From positions 526,763 to 590,762 of the forward strand of contig CP060229.1 in the NCBI GenBank assembly GCA_023898585.1: 64,000 bases of DNA. Direction: 5' to 3'. The notes below the pieces were generated by a model. That model was not told the DNA's origin. It was given only the letters and a program-made list of their open reading frames with translations, and made no database searches. The position numbers were made by a program, and so were the translations under genes. This document shows, one piece after another, positions 9,619-19,854 of this stretch; within the stretch, counting starts at the first letter, position 1, and every line of letters begins with the position of its first letter. The DNA is from Candidatus Nomurabacteria bacterium. GTDB taxonomy: Bacteria > Patescibacteriota > Minisyncoccia > Phycocordibacterales > UBA918.

Positions 9619-11844
9619 ATGACAGTCTTTGAGCCGGAGAAGATTACTTTTTTTGCCAAGACCGATGCGCGCGGTAAGGAGGTGGCTTTCGGTATTAAGG
9701 CAAAAGACCGACAACGACACATGTACGTGGTTGGTAAAACCGGTATGGGTAAATCTACGTTGCTCGAAAACATGGCGGCGCAAGATATTCAAAATGGCGA
9801 AGGGATGGCCTTTATTGATCCGCACGGTTCGGCGGCGGAGACACTGTTGGAGTACGTTCCGGAGCACCGGGTCGAGGATGTGATCTACTTTGCTCCATTT
9901 GATTTAGACAATCCTATTTCCTTCAATGTGATGGAAGATGTCGGCCCGGACAAGAGGCATTTGGTGGTGTCCGGTTTAATGTCCACTTTTAAAAAGATTT
10001 GGGTGGATCAGTGGAGTTCCAGAATGGAATATATTTTAACGAACGCGCTTTTAGTTTTGATTGAATATCCCGACACCACTTTATTGTCTGTTAATCGACT
10101 TTTTTCAGATAAAGCTTATCGTAAAAAAGTCGTGGATTATTGCAAAGATCCGGCGGTGAAATCGTTTTGGGTGGATGAGTTTGCAAACTACACGGATCGT
10201 TTCGCTGCCGAGGCTTTACCTGCGATTCAGAACAAGATCGGACAATTCACCGGCAATCCTTTGATCAGAAATATTGTCGGGCAACCACACTCCAGTTTCG
10301 ATATCAGAAAAATAATGGATGAAAAAAAGATTCTCATTATGAATCTCTCCAAGGGTTTGATTGGGGAGACAAACGCCAATTTGCTCGGCTCTATGTTGAC
10401 CACGCGTATTTATCTGGCGGCCATGAGTCGGGCGAATCTACATGTGTCGGAAATGAAAAAGATGCCGAATTTTTATTTTTACGTGGATGAATTTCAGTCT
10501 TTTGCCAACGCCACCTTCGCTGACATTCTTTCAGAAGCCAGAAAATATCATTTGAATCTAATTATTGCCCATCAATACATTGAACAAATGGAGGAGAGTG
10601 TGAGAAATGCAGTTTTTGGCAACGTTGGCACCACTATCGCTTTCCGAGTCGGTCCGTTTGACGCCGAGGTATTGGAGACTGTTTTCGCTCCTCGGTTTGA
10701 GGCGACGGATTTGGTCAATCTCGGTTTCGCTCAAATTTACCTTACGCTGATGATTGACGGTATCGGCTCGCAACCTTTTTCCGCTTCTACTTTACCTCCG
10801 GTTGCACTTCCGCGTGTATCGTGTCGGGAGATGGTGATCAACTCAAGCAGAAAAGTATATGCTAAAGACAGAGTCTCAGTAGAGAAGTTGGTTGATGAAC
10901 TGCATACTCCGGAACGACCGGAACCCGCCCCCAAAAAGAATTTTAATGAAAAACCAACCGGTAATTATCAAGGTAAGAACTCTTTACCTGCGAACAAGAA
11001 TAATACAAACGCACAATCCAGCCCGGTAATCAGACAAAACCGAAATGACATATCTCATGTCGCCAAAACAAACCCTGATTCAAGGATTGATAAAGAATCT
11101 CCCAGAAATTCACTCAAGGTGAATTCGGAAAGACGCCCGCCGGTTGTCGAGAAAACACCCGAAGACTTACGGAATATTCTTTTAAAAATGACTCAAAAGA
11201 CCACACCGGAAAAGAAAAATAATTCCGTGTCAGTCAGTGTTAACAGTAGTGAAGGATCAAAGGAGGAAGATGTCCCCGACAAAACATTCGCCGATAAGCC
11301 GGAAAAAAAGCTGGAGGTGAATCGAGATCAATCCACTTTTAAATCGAGAGCCGATCAACCAAAAGACAATGGTTCACCAAAACCCGACCTCAAGAGCGCG
11401 TTAGCAGATGTTTTAAAAAAAGCCGGAGCAACAGCAGATCTACAATCGAAAAGTCAGCAAACCACCACTTCTTCTCAGCCACAACAGTTGTCGGAAGCTA
11501 AAAAGCATCAATCAAGGCAACAGACTGTTGAACCGCTCGAACCCAGACCAGCCCCACCGTTGATTAGTCACAGAGAGCACAAACCGATATTGACGAACCC
11601 TGTTACGCTCAATAATCTGTCGGCTGAGAAATCGCAGATCAGAAAAGTCGTCGTCGAACATCGAAAACGAAGACAAATTGAAGACAATGAGACAGGGGGA
11701 TTTGGCTCCACCATAAGATTTTCTCCCAGATTTGACAGAAGTGCCGACCAAACTGAAGCGTCGTCTAACAAGTCAGTCCTTGATGTAGCTGAGATCAAAA
11801 GAATGCTACGTCACAACGATAATGAAAGGTCCCCGTTTAATTGA
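9619..11844 (+). CDS. P-loop ATPase of the TraG/TraD/VirD4 coupling-protein (AAA_10/DUF87-like) family with a ~300-aa low-complexity K/P/S/E-rich C-terminal tail
   Basis: Walker A VVGKTGMGKST. The motif AFIDPHGS matches the DPKG motif of type IV coupling proteins. Walker B FYFYVDEFQSF. No N-terminal TM helices. Residues ~430-741 are compositionally biased and probably disordered. Confidence 0.6.
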   Translation: MTVFEPEKITFFAKTDARGKEVAFGIKAKDRQRHMYVVGKTGMGKSTLLENMAAQDIQNGEGMAFIDPHGSAAETLLEYVPEHRVEDVIYFAPFDLDNPISFNVMEDVGPDKRHLVVSGLMSTFKKIWVDQWSSRMEYILTNALLVLIEYPDTTLLSVNRLFSDKAYRKKVVDYCKDPAVKSFWVDEFANYTDRFAAEALPAIQNKIGQFTGNPLIRNIVGQPHSSFDIRKIMDEKKILIMNLSKGLIGETNANLLGSMLTTRIYLAAMSRANLHVSEMKKMPNFYFYVDEFQSFANATFADILSEARKYHLNLIIAHQYIEQMEESVRNAVFGNVGTTIAFRVGPFDAEVLETVFAPRFEATDLVNLGFAQIYLTLMIDGIGSQPFSASTLPPVALPRVSCREMVINSSRKVYAKDRVSVEKLVDELHTPERPEPAPKKNFNEKPTGNYQGKNSLPANKNNTNAQSSPVIRQNRNDISHVAKTNPDSRIDKESPRNSLKVNSERRPPVVEKTPEDLRNILLKMTQKTTPEKKNNSVSVSVNSSEGSKEEDVPDKTFADKPEKKLEVNRDQSTFKSRADQPKDNGSPKPDLKSALADVLKKAGATADLQSKSQQTTTSSQPQQLSEAKKHQSRQQTVEPLEPRPAPPLISHREHKPILTNPVTLNNLSAEKSQIRKVVVEHRKRRQIEDNETGGFGSTIRFSPRFDRSADQTEASSNKSVLDVAEIKRMLRHNDNERSPFN

Positions 11845-11847
11845 TCT

Positions 11848-13263
11848 ATGAGAGTGGCCCGGTTTTGCCTTCTTTTCATAATGCTACCATTAGTCACTGA
11901 AGGTGCGGTTTCAATCAGTGAAGTGGCGTGGATGGGTTCCTCTGAATCTGCCAATCATGAATGGATTGAATTACATAATGATGGCGAAGCGATTGATGTG
12001 ACAGGATGGGTTATAAATGATGGGATGAATTTGAACATTGAATTGACTGGAGTCATACCGGCCGGTTCATACGTAGTTCTTGAAAGAACTAGTGACGCGT
12101 CGGCAAAGGGAGAAGCTTTTTTAATCTACACCGGGGCACTCGTTAACACCGGCGCCACGCTTAGAATGGAAAGAAGCGACGGCACTTTGGTCGATCAAGT
12201 CGCCGGTGGTGAGAATTGGATAAATATAGGAGGTGATAATCTGACAAAAGAGACTGCCCAATACACAACAAGTGGCTGGAAGACAGCCATCGCCACTCCA
12301 GGGAGTGGTTTGGTCTGGAACGGGGAAGAAGAAAGAGAAAGTAAAGAAGTAACAGAATCTCGTCAATCGGCTGTCAAGCAAGTCTCCAAGAGTAGCTCTG
12401 ACAGCAAAGAAACAGTGAAATTGGTGATACCTGATGTGACGTTACAATTGCATATTGATGCGCAAAAAGTGGGATATGTCCATCAGCCTATTTCTTTCAA
12501 CGTTAAACCGAGCGGTATAGGCAAACATCTGATTGATTCGTTGGAGTACAAGTGGAATTTTGGAGACGGACTAACCGGTTCACAAAAAGATACACAACAC
12601 GTATTTGATTATCCGGGCACATACGTTGTGACCGTACATGGTCTATACAAGAGACAAGAACAAGTTTCGAGACACGAGATAACCATCCTACCGGTCAAAG
12701 TTTCCTTAACGACTAATGTTGAAGGGGATATACAAATTAATAATGACTCACCTTACGAGTTGGATTTATCCGGGTATCGTCTTAAAGGAGAAGCCGAATT
12801 TATTTTTCCTTCGTACACAATTGTTTTACCGAATCAAACAGTCACTATACCAAAAAAGAAGCTGGGTAAAACCAAGTCAAGATTAGTCGCCTTATACGAC
12901 ACAGAAAATGCATTGTTGTCGTCTTCTGTTCCCGAGGTGTTGAATGATGTGATTTCTGACAATGACTTTCAAGCTTCGGAATTCTACACTCATATCAACA
13001 GCAATTTGCTTTATGAGGAAGAGTTTTCAGCCGAGAGGTTTTCTGATAATTTCAGCTTCAGCACTAAGGAAGAAGAGACCGAGACGAGAGATCCGGAAAT
13101 TTCTGAATCCACGCTAGAATTACCGTCACTGAGCCAGACTGCCAACGTTACAGAAGCGTTTGGTGATACGAAACCACATTGGAGCAATCTCGCTCTCGTT
13201 GGAGTATTGAGTCTCGGTATTCTAGGTATTTACGCCACGCCGAGGCGTAACGAAAAGAAATAA
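11848..13263 (+). CDS. Secreted surface protein with lamin-tail-domain (LTD), PKD domain, a second LTD-like domain and a C-terminal TM anchor
   Basis: Signal peptide MRVARFCLLFIMLPLVTEGA. LTD signature ISEVAWMGS...EWIELHNDGEAIDVTGWVINDG...RMERSDGTLVDQV. PKD motif YKWNFGDGLTGSQKDTQHVFDYPGTYVVTV. C-terminal hydrophobic anchor LALVGVLSLGILGIY. Confidence 0.7.
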   Translation: MRVARFCLLFIMLPLVTEGAVSISEVAWMGSSESANHEWIELHNDGEAIDVTGWVINDGMNLNIELTGVIPAGSYVVLERTSDASAKGEAFLIYTGALVNTGATLRMERSDGTLVDQVAGGENWINIGGDNLTKETAQYTTSGWKTAIATPGSGLVWNGEEERESKEVTESRQSAVKQVSKSSSDSKETVKLVIPDVTLQLHIDAQKVGYVHQPISFNVKPSGIGKHLIDSLEYKWNFGDGLTGSQKDTQHVFDYPGTYVVTVHGLYKRQEQVSRHEITILPVKVSLTTNVEGDIQINNDSPYELDLSGYRLKGEAEFIFPSYTIVLPNQTVTIPKKKLGKTKSRLVALYDTENALLSSSVPEVLNDVISDNDFQASEFYTHINSNLLYEEEFSAERFSDNFSFSTKEEETETRDPEISESTLELPSLSQTANVTEAFGDTKPHWSNLALVGVLSLGILGIYATPRRNEKK

Positions 13264-13299
13264 AATTTGGTAATATTCAATTTACAATTAACACGAAAC

Positions 13300-14253
13300 A
13301 TGAATTCTAATAAGGGAACATTTATCATCAGTATTGATTTTGAGTATGCTATTGGTTATGCGGATGAAAAACTCAGTCAAGAGAGACAAGAGCTGATAAA
13401 AAAAGAAGCGGAGATTTCACGAAAGCTCATAACTCTGTTTGAAAGATACAAAACACCGGCCACTTGGGCGATTGTTGGACACTTACTCGAAACCGATTGT
13501 CGGGTGGAAGAAGGCAGGGTGCACAGCAACTTCCCGAAGCAGGTGTATGTTGATGGAAATTCGGATTGGTTTGCACATCATCCTCCGGCTGGTGATTACG
13601 CTGACCCACTTTGGTTTGATAGCATCGGGATAATCAGACAAGTTAAAAATTCTCCCGTTGGTCACGAGATTGCTAGTCATTCATATTCTCATGTCCTCTA
13701 CGGCGAGCCGAGAATCAGGACCGAAGCGGTGTTGGTTGATATCGGTGAAGCTATGAGGATTCATAAAGAAAATGACTTACCCTTCAATTCTTTTATCTTC
13801 CCACGCAACAGCGAAGGTTACCACGAAGAGCTTAAGCAAGCCGGTATCAAGTGTTACCGAGGTAAAAGCAGATTTTGGTACCACAGGTTGCCTGGATCAA
13901 TAGGTCGCTTGGCTCGCCTGTTTGATTACTTGATTCCATATACGCGTACGGTGGTAGCTACCTACCATGAGTCTGGTCTCGTAAATATTCCGGATTGTCT
14001 ATTGCTTCTTGGTAGAAACGGTTTGAGAAAATTAGTTACTCCCTCTGTGATGAAAAGGAAAATTAAAGCCGGGCTTAGACAAGCTGTCAAACGAAAAGGG
14101 ATTTTCCACCTCTGGTTTCACCCGTCGAATTTCTCCTACGACACGGCAATACAGTTTGAGATCATGGAAGAAGTTTTGATTTTTGCCGACGAATTAAGGA
14201 GTAAAGGAAAACTGGAGATAGCCACCATGCAGGTTGTGGCAGACAAAATCTAA
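13300..14253 (+). CDS. Polysaccharide deacetylase (NodB/CE4-like) family protein
   Basis: The motif HEIASHSYSHV sits in a CE4-like context. The ATG at 13300 is preferred over the track start at 13267. Confidence 0.65.
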   Translation: MNSNKGTFIISIDFEYAIGYADEKLSQERQELIKKEAEISRKLITLFERYKTPATWAIVGHLLETDCRVEEGRVHSNFPKQVYVDGNSDWFAHHPPAGDYADPLWFDSIGIIRQVKNSPVGHEIASHSYSHVLYGEPRIRTEAVLVDIGEAMRIHKENDLPFNSFIFPRNSEGYHEELKQAGIKCYRGKSRFWYHRLPGSIGRLARLFDYLIPYTRTVVATYHESGLVNIPDCLLLLGRNGLRKLVTPSVMKRKIKAGLRQAVKRKGIFHLWFHPSNFSYDTAIQFEIMEEVLIFADELRSKGKLEIATMQVVADKI

Positions 14254-15083
14254 TGTATTATTGTGAAACTATGAATGACAACACCAATTCGAAAACTTTA
14301 AAATTTAGAGAAAAGGCCGTTAATTCCCACGACTTCAATTCACCCGTCTTTTTTGACCGTTATGTGATTATGGATAAGAATCCTTACGCCAGTGCTTTTG
14401 CTTACGGCCGTAAGAAGATGTTTGAGAAAATGAATCGTATAGTAAATGAGCGACTAAACGGCAAAGGCAAAATTCTCGAAGCTGCTTGCGGGACTGGTTA
14501 TTACATTTCCGTTCTTAAAAAAAATGGTTATGAAGTAACCGGGGTTGAGCCGGCAGAAGGAATGAGGAGAAAAGCGTTGGAAAAAAATCAAAGTGTCGAA
14601 ATAAAAGAGGGAATTATTACAGCCTTACCTTTCCCCGATAATCATTTCGATGCGGTCACTGCGATTGAATTATTTCGTTATTTGGAGAAGGACGATATTA
14701 AAAAAGGGTATGAAGAGATTTTGCGTGTTCTAAAGCCCGGTGGTTTTATGGTGGTGACACTAGTTAATAAGTACGCGCTCGATGGTTTTATATTTTCTTA
14801 CTACATAAAGCTGATGATGGAGAAAGTGTTTGGTAAAGAGATAATCAATTACTGCGATGCTGTTACGCCCTCCGGGATGAAAAAATATTTCGCAAAGAAT
14901 TTTGAGTGTGAAATCGAGACTGAGTCTGCTCTGTTTGCGCCACTACGAATAGTGTACAAAATATCGCCGAAGCTCGGAGAAAAATGTGCTCGCAAGTTTG
15001 AGTCTTTTGACGAAAAAATAAACACCAAAAAATGCCACGAAAAATTTGCCGGACATTTAATAATGGTGGTAGAAAAAAAGTAA
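14253..15083 (+). CDS. Class I SAM-dependent methyltransferase
   Basis: Motif I ILEAACGTGYYISVL. Post-motif acidic loop VTGVEPAEGM. Motif LKPGGFMVV. Confidence 0.75.
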   Translation: MYYCETMNDNTNSKTLKFREKAVNSHDFNSPVFFDRYVIMDKNPYASAFAYGRKKMFEKMNRIVNERLNGKGKILEAACGTGYYISVLKKNGYEVTGVEPAEGMRRKALEKNQSVEIKEGIITALPFPDNHFDAVTAIELFRYLEKDDIKKGYEEILRVLKPGGFMVVTLVNKYALDGFIFSYYIKLMMEKVFGKEIINYCDAVTPSGMKKYFAKNFECEIETESALFAPLRIVYKISPKLGEKCARKFESFDEKINTKKCHEKFAGHLIMVVEKK

Positions 15084-15089
15084 ATCATT

Positions 15090-15956
15090 ATGTCTGACAA
15101 AAAACGAGCGTTGGTTACGGGTGGTGCCGGTTTTGTTGGTTCGCACCTTTGTGAACGCTTGGTTAGCGAAGGTTTTGCAGTTATTTCACTTGATAATTAT
15201 TTCACCGGTTCAAAAGACAATCATGTCGCAGGCGTTGAATATAGAGAAGGACATACGAAAAACATATCCGACTTGGTGCCGGAAAATGTTGATGTGGCAT
15301 TTCACTTGGGAGAGTACTCACGAACTGCGGTTGCTATGGAAGAACCGGCCGTTGTTTTCGACTTGAATATCTTGGGCACAATAGCGGTCGTTGAATGGTG
15401 GAGGAAGCACAAGTGTAAATTGGTTTACGCCGGGTCTTCAACCAAGGGAGCGCCCGATCGTGAAGATGGGATATCTGGTCGAGACCTCTCACCATATACC
15501 TGGAGCAAGGCGGTAAATACTGAGCTGGTGGCAAATTACGCGCTTTGGTACGATCTGCCCTATGCCGTTTCTTATTTCTATAATGTTTACGGACCGAGAG
15601 AGTTGAGCGGGCGCTACGGAACCGTGGTGGAGATTTTCGCCGAGCGCAAGAATAGAGGGGAAAAATGTAAGGTTAATGCGCCGGGCACCCAAACTCGAGC
15701 ATATACCCATGTCCTTGATACTGTTGAAGCTCTAATGCTGATCGCACAAAAAGGCGAGGGAGATAATTTCGGTATTGCTTCCGGTGACGTATTCTCACCG
15801 ATTGAGTTGGCGACTATGTACGGACTGGAGGTCGATTTACAACCCGCCCGCAAGACCAGTCGACCTTCTTCAAATGTGGTAGTGGAAAAGACGGTTGCTC
15901 TTGGTTGGCAACCAACCCATTCACTGAAAGACTACATTAACGAAAGAATTCAATAA
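15090..15956 (+). CDS. NAD-dependent epimerase/dehydratase, UDP-glucuronate decarboxylase (UXS)-like
   Basis: RALVTGGAGFVGSHLCERLVSEGFAVISLDNYFTGSKDNH, where the DNYFTG(S/R)K motif is typical of UXS-type enzymes. YxxxK motif PYTWSK. Confidence 0.7.
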   Translation: MSDKKRALVTGGAGFVGSHLCERLVSEGFAVISLDNYFTGSKDNHVAGVEYREGHTKNISDLVPENVDVAFHLGEYSRTAVAMEEPAVVFDLNILGTIAVVEWWRKHKCKLVYAGSSTKGAPDREDGISGRDLSPYTWSKAVNTELVANYALWYDLPYAVSYFYNVYGPRELSGRYGTVVEIFAERKNRGEKCKVNAPGTQTRAYTHVLDTVEALMLIAQKGEGDNFGIASGDVFSPIELATMYGLEVDLQPARKTSRPSSNVVVEKTVALGWQPTHSLKDYINERIQ

Positions 15957-15968
15957 TTAAATGAATTT

Positions 15969-17180
15969 ATGAAAAAGAAAATTCTTATTTTTGATCTGAA
16001 TTATTATCCCGATCATGTCGGAGGAGCCGAGGTGGCGGTGAAAGAAATTACTGACAGAATTTCACCGGAAGATTATGAATTTCACATGGTGTGTCTTGGG
16101 TATGACAGTAAACTACCGAAGGAAAGTCGAGAGGGTAATGTCTATGTGCACCGAATCGGTTTTACCCGACCCAATGTCAAATTGGAAGATTTGAGTAGAT
16201 TTCCGCTCCACTACAATAAGTACCTCTATCTCTTTTTGTCGCCACTAAAAGGAATGATGCTTCATCGAAAGGAAAAGTTTGATGCGACTTGGTCAATGAT
16301 GGCGCATCCGAGCGGAATCCCCCAGGCGATTTTCGGTCTATTTTACCCTCGGGTGAAGCGCATTCTTACCCTACAAGAGGGTGACCCTCCCGAGCAAATG
16401 GAAAGACTTTATAAACCACTTTGGCCTTTGTTTAAAAGAGTTTTCACCAAAGCTGATGTGATTCAGGTAATTTCGCATTTTTTGGAGAAGTGGGCGCGTG
16501 ATATGGGTTATAAAGGAGAGATTGAATTCATCCCCAATGGTGCCAGTACGGAGTCGGCGGGGGCTAGAGCCGATGAAGAAACTCTGGAAAAACTCGGAAG
16601 ATTGGTGGGTAAAAAAGACGGGGAAGTAATGCTGATTTCGGTTTCCCGTCTGGTCCATAAAAACGCGGTCGATGATGTGATAAAAGCTTTGGCTTTATTA
16701 CCGCCCAATTTCAAATTGTTGATTGTTGGTGGCGGGGAAGACGAAGATAAACTCAAAGAGTTGGCGAAAGAAAAAGGAGTAGGAGAAAGAGTGATATTTA
16801 CCGGACACGTTGATCGCACCATGACAGCGCAGTATAGACAAATATCTGACATTTTCATAAGACCGAGTCGCTCTGAAGGATTCGGCAATTCATTCGCTTC
16901 TTCAATGGCGTTGCGTTTGCCGGTTATTGCCACTCAAGAAGGAGGTATTGCTGATTTTCTTTTTGATGAAAAAAGAAATCCTGACAAAGACACGACCGGC
17001 TGGGCGGTCGATAAAGACTCCCCCGAACAGATAGCCGAACAAGTAAAAAATATTCTCGCCAATCCGGAATTCGTGAAAAAGGTGACAGACAACGCTTACG
17101 AAATGGTGATGACTACCTACAACTGGAAATTCATATCTAAAAACATGAAAGAAAAAGTTTTTGACAAAATGTTGAAATAA
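15969..17180 (+). CDS. Glycosyltransferase family 4 (GT-B)
   Basis: C-terminal GT4 signature RPSRSEGFGNSFASSMALRLPVIATQEGGIADFL, matching the E-x7-E region. Confidence 0.85.
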   Translation: MKKKILIFDLNYYPDHVGGAEVAVKEITDRISPEDYEFHMVCLGYDSKLPKESREGNVYVHRIGFTRPNVKLEDLSRFPLHYNKYLYLFLSPLKGMMLHRKEKFDATWSMMAHPSGIPQAIFGLFYPRVKRILTLQEGDPPEQMERLYKPLWPLFKRVFTKADVIQVISHFLEKWARDMGYKGEIEFIPNGASTESAGARADEETLEKLGRLVGKKDGEVMLISVSRLVHKNAVDDVIKALALLPPNFKLLIVGGGEDEDKLKELAKEKGVGERVIFTGHVDRTMTAQYRQISDIFIRPSRSEGFGNSFASSMALRLPVIATQEGGIADFLFDEKRNPDKDTTGWAVDKDSPEQIAEQVKNILANPEFVKKVTDNAYEMVMTTYNWKFISKNMKEKVFDKMLK

Positions 17181-17252
17181 TAGCGTATTTATGCTCTAAT
17201 ACTAATTAGAAGTTAAACTAAACCAGGCTAAAATAGTCCTAAGGAGAACGAA

Positions 17253-17921
17253 GTGAAGAAAACAAATTTGGTTGATGTTTCGGTAGCAAATCTCATTACC
17301 GGGATGAAGTCTCCAGATGGAGAGATAATTTCGTTTGCGGTCAGACACCCTTCTGATCCAGTGAAACCCTGGCAGGCATTGAGCGCTGGGCCGAAATTCC
17401 CGGAGAAAGCGAGAGATTTCCTGATTACTGAGTTTGGTGCTGACCTTGAAGGGTTTATGAACGACGACGCCCGGTGTCGTATTCCAGAATCCATGGTCGC
17501 TGGTTTTCATCACTGGCTCAATGATCAATTTTACATTCTCGAACGACTGGCTGTAATGGAGTGGGAACCCCGGCCGGAATTGCGCGAAAGAATGACCGGA
17601 AAATACTGGGGTGATTTACCGTCGATCATTACCGACGCGGACTTTGAATCGGTAGTCCTTCATAATTCCGACTTGGTTCGTCAACCACCACCCGAAGAAG
17701 GAAGTTCGCCCGGAGGAAGAGGGGCCAAAGTTCGTCTTTTCAGGAGGTGGTACATGACCATCTTGGATGAGAAGGTAGCTTCCAAGATAATCAATCATCC
17801 TGCTGTACTTACTTTGACCGAAGCAGAACTCGCGACGACTAAAGGTGGTCGTTGTATCGGTTGGGCGAAGAACGGAGTACGGCTCGCCAACAATCTCGGT
17901 GTGGTTGGTTGGCTTGAATAA
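17253..17921 (+). CDS. Hypothetical protein (222 aa)
   Basis: AAGGAGA ribosome-binding site 5 nt before a GTG start. No recognisable motifs. Followed by a strong terminator. Confidence 0.5.
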   Translation: MKKTNLVDVSVANLITGMKSPDGEIISFAVRHPSDPVKPWQALSAGPKFPEKARDFLITEFGADLEGFMNDDARCRIPESMVAGFHHWLNDQFYILERLAVMEWEPRPELRERMTGKYWGDLPSIITDADFESVVLHNSDLVRQPPPEEGSSPGGRGAKVRLFRRWYMTILDEKVASKIINHPAVLTLTEAELATTKGGRCIGWAKNGVRLANNLGVVGWLE

Positions 17922-17939
17922 AAGCAGTTTGACCATGAT

Positions 17940-17975
17940 CCGGTGTCGTGTATGCGACACCGGGTTGTTTTTTTG
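17940..17975 (+). terminator. Rho-independent terminator
   Basis: Hairpin ccggtgtcg-tgtatg-cgacaccgg followed by gttgttttttt. Confidence 0.65.
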
Positions 17976-17995
17976 TCTCAATTGAGCCACTATTG

Positions 17996-18778
17996 ATGGA
18001 TATGGAAATGTATGATTTCACCATCGCTCTGATTCGGGAAGCCGGTCATTTATTAGAAAAGGAAAAGAAAGAAAACTTCTCGGTCGCGATCAAAAACGAT
18101 AATCCCAAAAATATTGTCACCAGTTTGGATATCAAGATTGGAGAATTTATCTCCAATCGAATTCACGAAACATATCCGGAGCACGGTATACACAACGAGG
18201 AAGCGAAAGATACGACCGGCAATGAATATCTGTGGACCATCGATCCAATAGACGGTACTTCCTCCTTTGCACGAGGAATTCCGCAATACTCCATAGCGAT
18301 TGGTTTGTTGAGAAATAATGTGCCGGTTTTGGGGGCAGTTTTGGATCCGGTTGCTGACGAACTTTTTTCTTTTCGAAAAGGAGAGGGGGTTTGGTTAAAT
18401 GGAGAAATAATCGCTCCTTCCAGAGAGACAGAGTTGGAGAAAAGTTTCATATTGCTGGCATCTGGTCGGAAAGGTGATCAATTCGAGTGGGCTGGGGAAT
18501 CCTTAAAGAAGCTTTTGGCGAATGCGAATAAGGTTAAGAATTTCGGCTCATCCGCTCTCTGGCTCTGCTACATCGCGTCCGGTCGGATTGAGGGTGTTGT
18601 GGCCGGCACCGCTTCAACGATGGATATCGCTTCGGCGGTTGGTATTCTTAACGAAGCGGGCGGAGTCATGGCTGACAAAGAGGGTAACTCGGCACCACTA
18701 TCTACAACCGGTACTCGATTGTACGCCAGCAACAATCAAGAAATTTCATCCAAGTTACGAAAACTTCTAGAGCATTAG
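17996..18778 (+). CDS. Inositol monophosphatase family protein (SuhB/IMPase-like)
   Basis: IMPase motifs WTIDPIDGTSSFARGIPQYSIAIGL and a C-terminal WDxAAG-like MDIASAVGILNEAGG. The start was moved to the ATG at 17996, downstream of the terminator. The track's GTG at 17948 lies inside the hairpin. Confidence 0.8.
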   Translation: MDMEMYDFTIALIREAGHLLEKEKKENFSVAIKNDNPKNIVTSLDIKIGEFISNRIHETYPEHGIHNEEAKDTTGNEYLWTIDPIDGTSSFARGIPQYSIAIGLLRNNVPVLGAVLDPVADELFSFRKGEGVWLNGEIIAPSRETELEKSFILLASGRKGDQFEWAGESLKKLLANANKVKNFGSSALWLCYIASGRIEGVVAGTASTMDIASAVGILNEAGGVMADKEGNSAPLSTTGTRLYASNNQEISSKLRKLLEH

Positions 18779-19854
18779 ACCAGTTGTTGTAGTTCGCGTT
18801 GTCGTGCCACCTCTTCTTCACTGCGTAGTCGATCACGGTCTTTTTGATAGCTTGTTATGGCGGACTCCTCTATTGCTTTTCCGGTAAGGAGTTGTATTAG
18901 TACGTAATGCCAAAAGACAATCCGGCGTTTACTTAAAGCCAGGACATCACCTCCGGATTGGTTGGTGGCTTTGCTGTAATAATTGAGTAGTTCCATTACC
19001 TTGTAGATACGCAACAGACGAAGAGAGGCGAGTTCTTCCTCCGCTACATTATCTTTTAAGTACTGAAGCAAGGCTTGCCCCAATTCTCTGTTGTAAAGTA
19101 GCATGTAGTTAAGAAAGCGCGCCCAACTTTCGTGTTTATTGCCGAAAATGAGTGAAGACTGGTCGATAAGATAAATCACCTTGTCTCGAAAACGAAAATT
19201 ATGAAGAGCGAAATCGTCGTGTGTTAAAAAACCGCAATACCGCTCAATATCTTCGTGCCGATTTGAAAGTTCAGCGAGACAATCTTGCAAGGTTTTTACC
19301 ACCTCGTCACTTTTTACTTCCTGTGCAAAAAGTATTGCCTGTTTTTGGTAACTTTCAGCACTCCAAATACTAAATATATTTTTGATTATTTTTTTATGAC
19401 CGGCTGTGGTAACATGCGCACTTTCTAGCATCCTAAAAGCTTGAATGGCCAGATCAAACTGTTCGATAAGCGGTAGGGAAAGATAGGGTTTAGGTTGATC
19501 AATGAATTCCGTAACGACGATAATTCGATTGTCATTTTTATCAAACCAACGCTCTTTTGGTGCAAGGAGGGGGCTGTAAGCAAAAGGTAATTTTTCCAGA
19601 GTTTGTCTCACCAATCTCTCTTTTTCGATTTCACCAATTCCACTTACATCCGCGCTCGACTTAATAATCAACCTCTCTCCGGAGTCAATGCTCTTTCCAA
19701 TTAGTACGACTTTTTTACCACTCATTAAGAAACGCTCACCGCTGATATGAGGCTGATTGTAATCCAGCTCAATACCTTGCTTAGCCAACAGTGGTCCGAG
19801 TATAGACAGCTCGGTCTTGGTATATATTTCCCATTGTTTTTTTGCATCAGTCAT
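18775..19854 (-). CDS. Kinase-like (aminoglycoside-phosphotransferase/choline-kinase fold) protein
   Basis: LTHDDFALHNFRFRD resembles the catalytic H-G-D-x-H-x-x-N loop. A downstream LIDQSS resembles the metal-binding D(F/W)E region. The match is weak. Confidence 0.45.
   Translation of the reverse strand: MTDAKKQWEIYTKTELSILGPLLAKQGIELDYNQPHISGERFLMSGKKVVLIGKSIDSGERLIIKSSADVSGIGEIEKERLVRQTLEKLPFAYSPLLAPKERWFDKNDNRIIVVTEFIDQPKPYLSLPLIEQFDLAIQAFRMLESAHVTTAGHKKIIKNIFSIWSAESYQKQAILFAQEVKSDEVVKTLQDCLAELSNRHEDIERYCGFLTHDDFALHNFRFRDKVIYLIDQSSLIFGNKHESWARFLNYMLLYNRELGQALLQYLKDNVAEEELASLRLLRIYKVMELLNYYSKATNQSGGDVLALSKRRIVFWHYVLIQLLTGKAIEESAITSYQKDRDRLRSEEEVARQRELQQLV

Noticed and set aside
9604-9883. 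ORFs 9604..9867(-) and 9629..9883(+) overlapping the 5' end of the ATPase gene
   Set aside because: They are Arg-rich translations of alternative frames of a clearly coding P-loop ATPase N-terminus.
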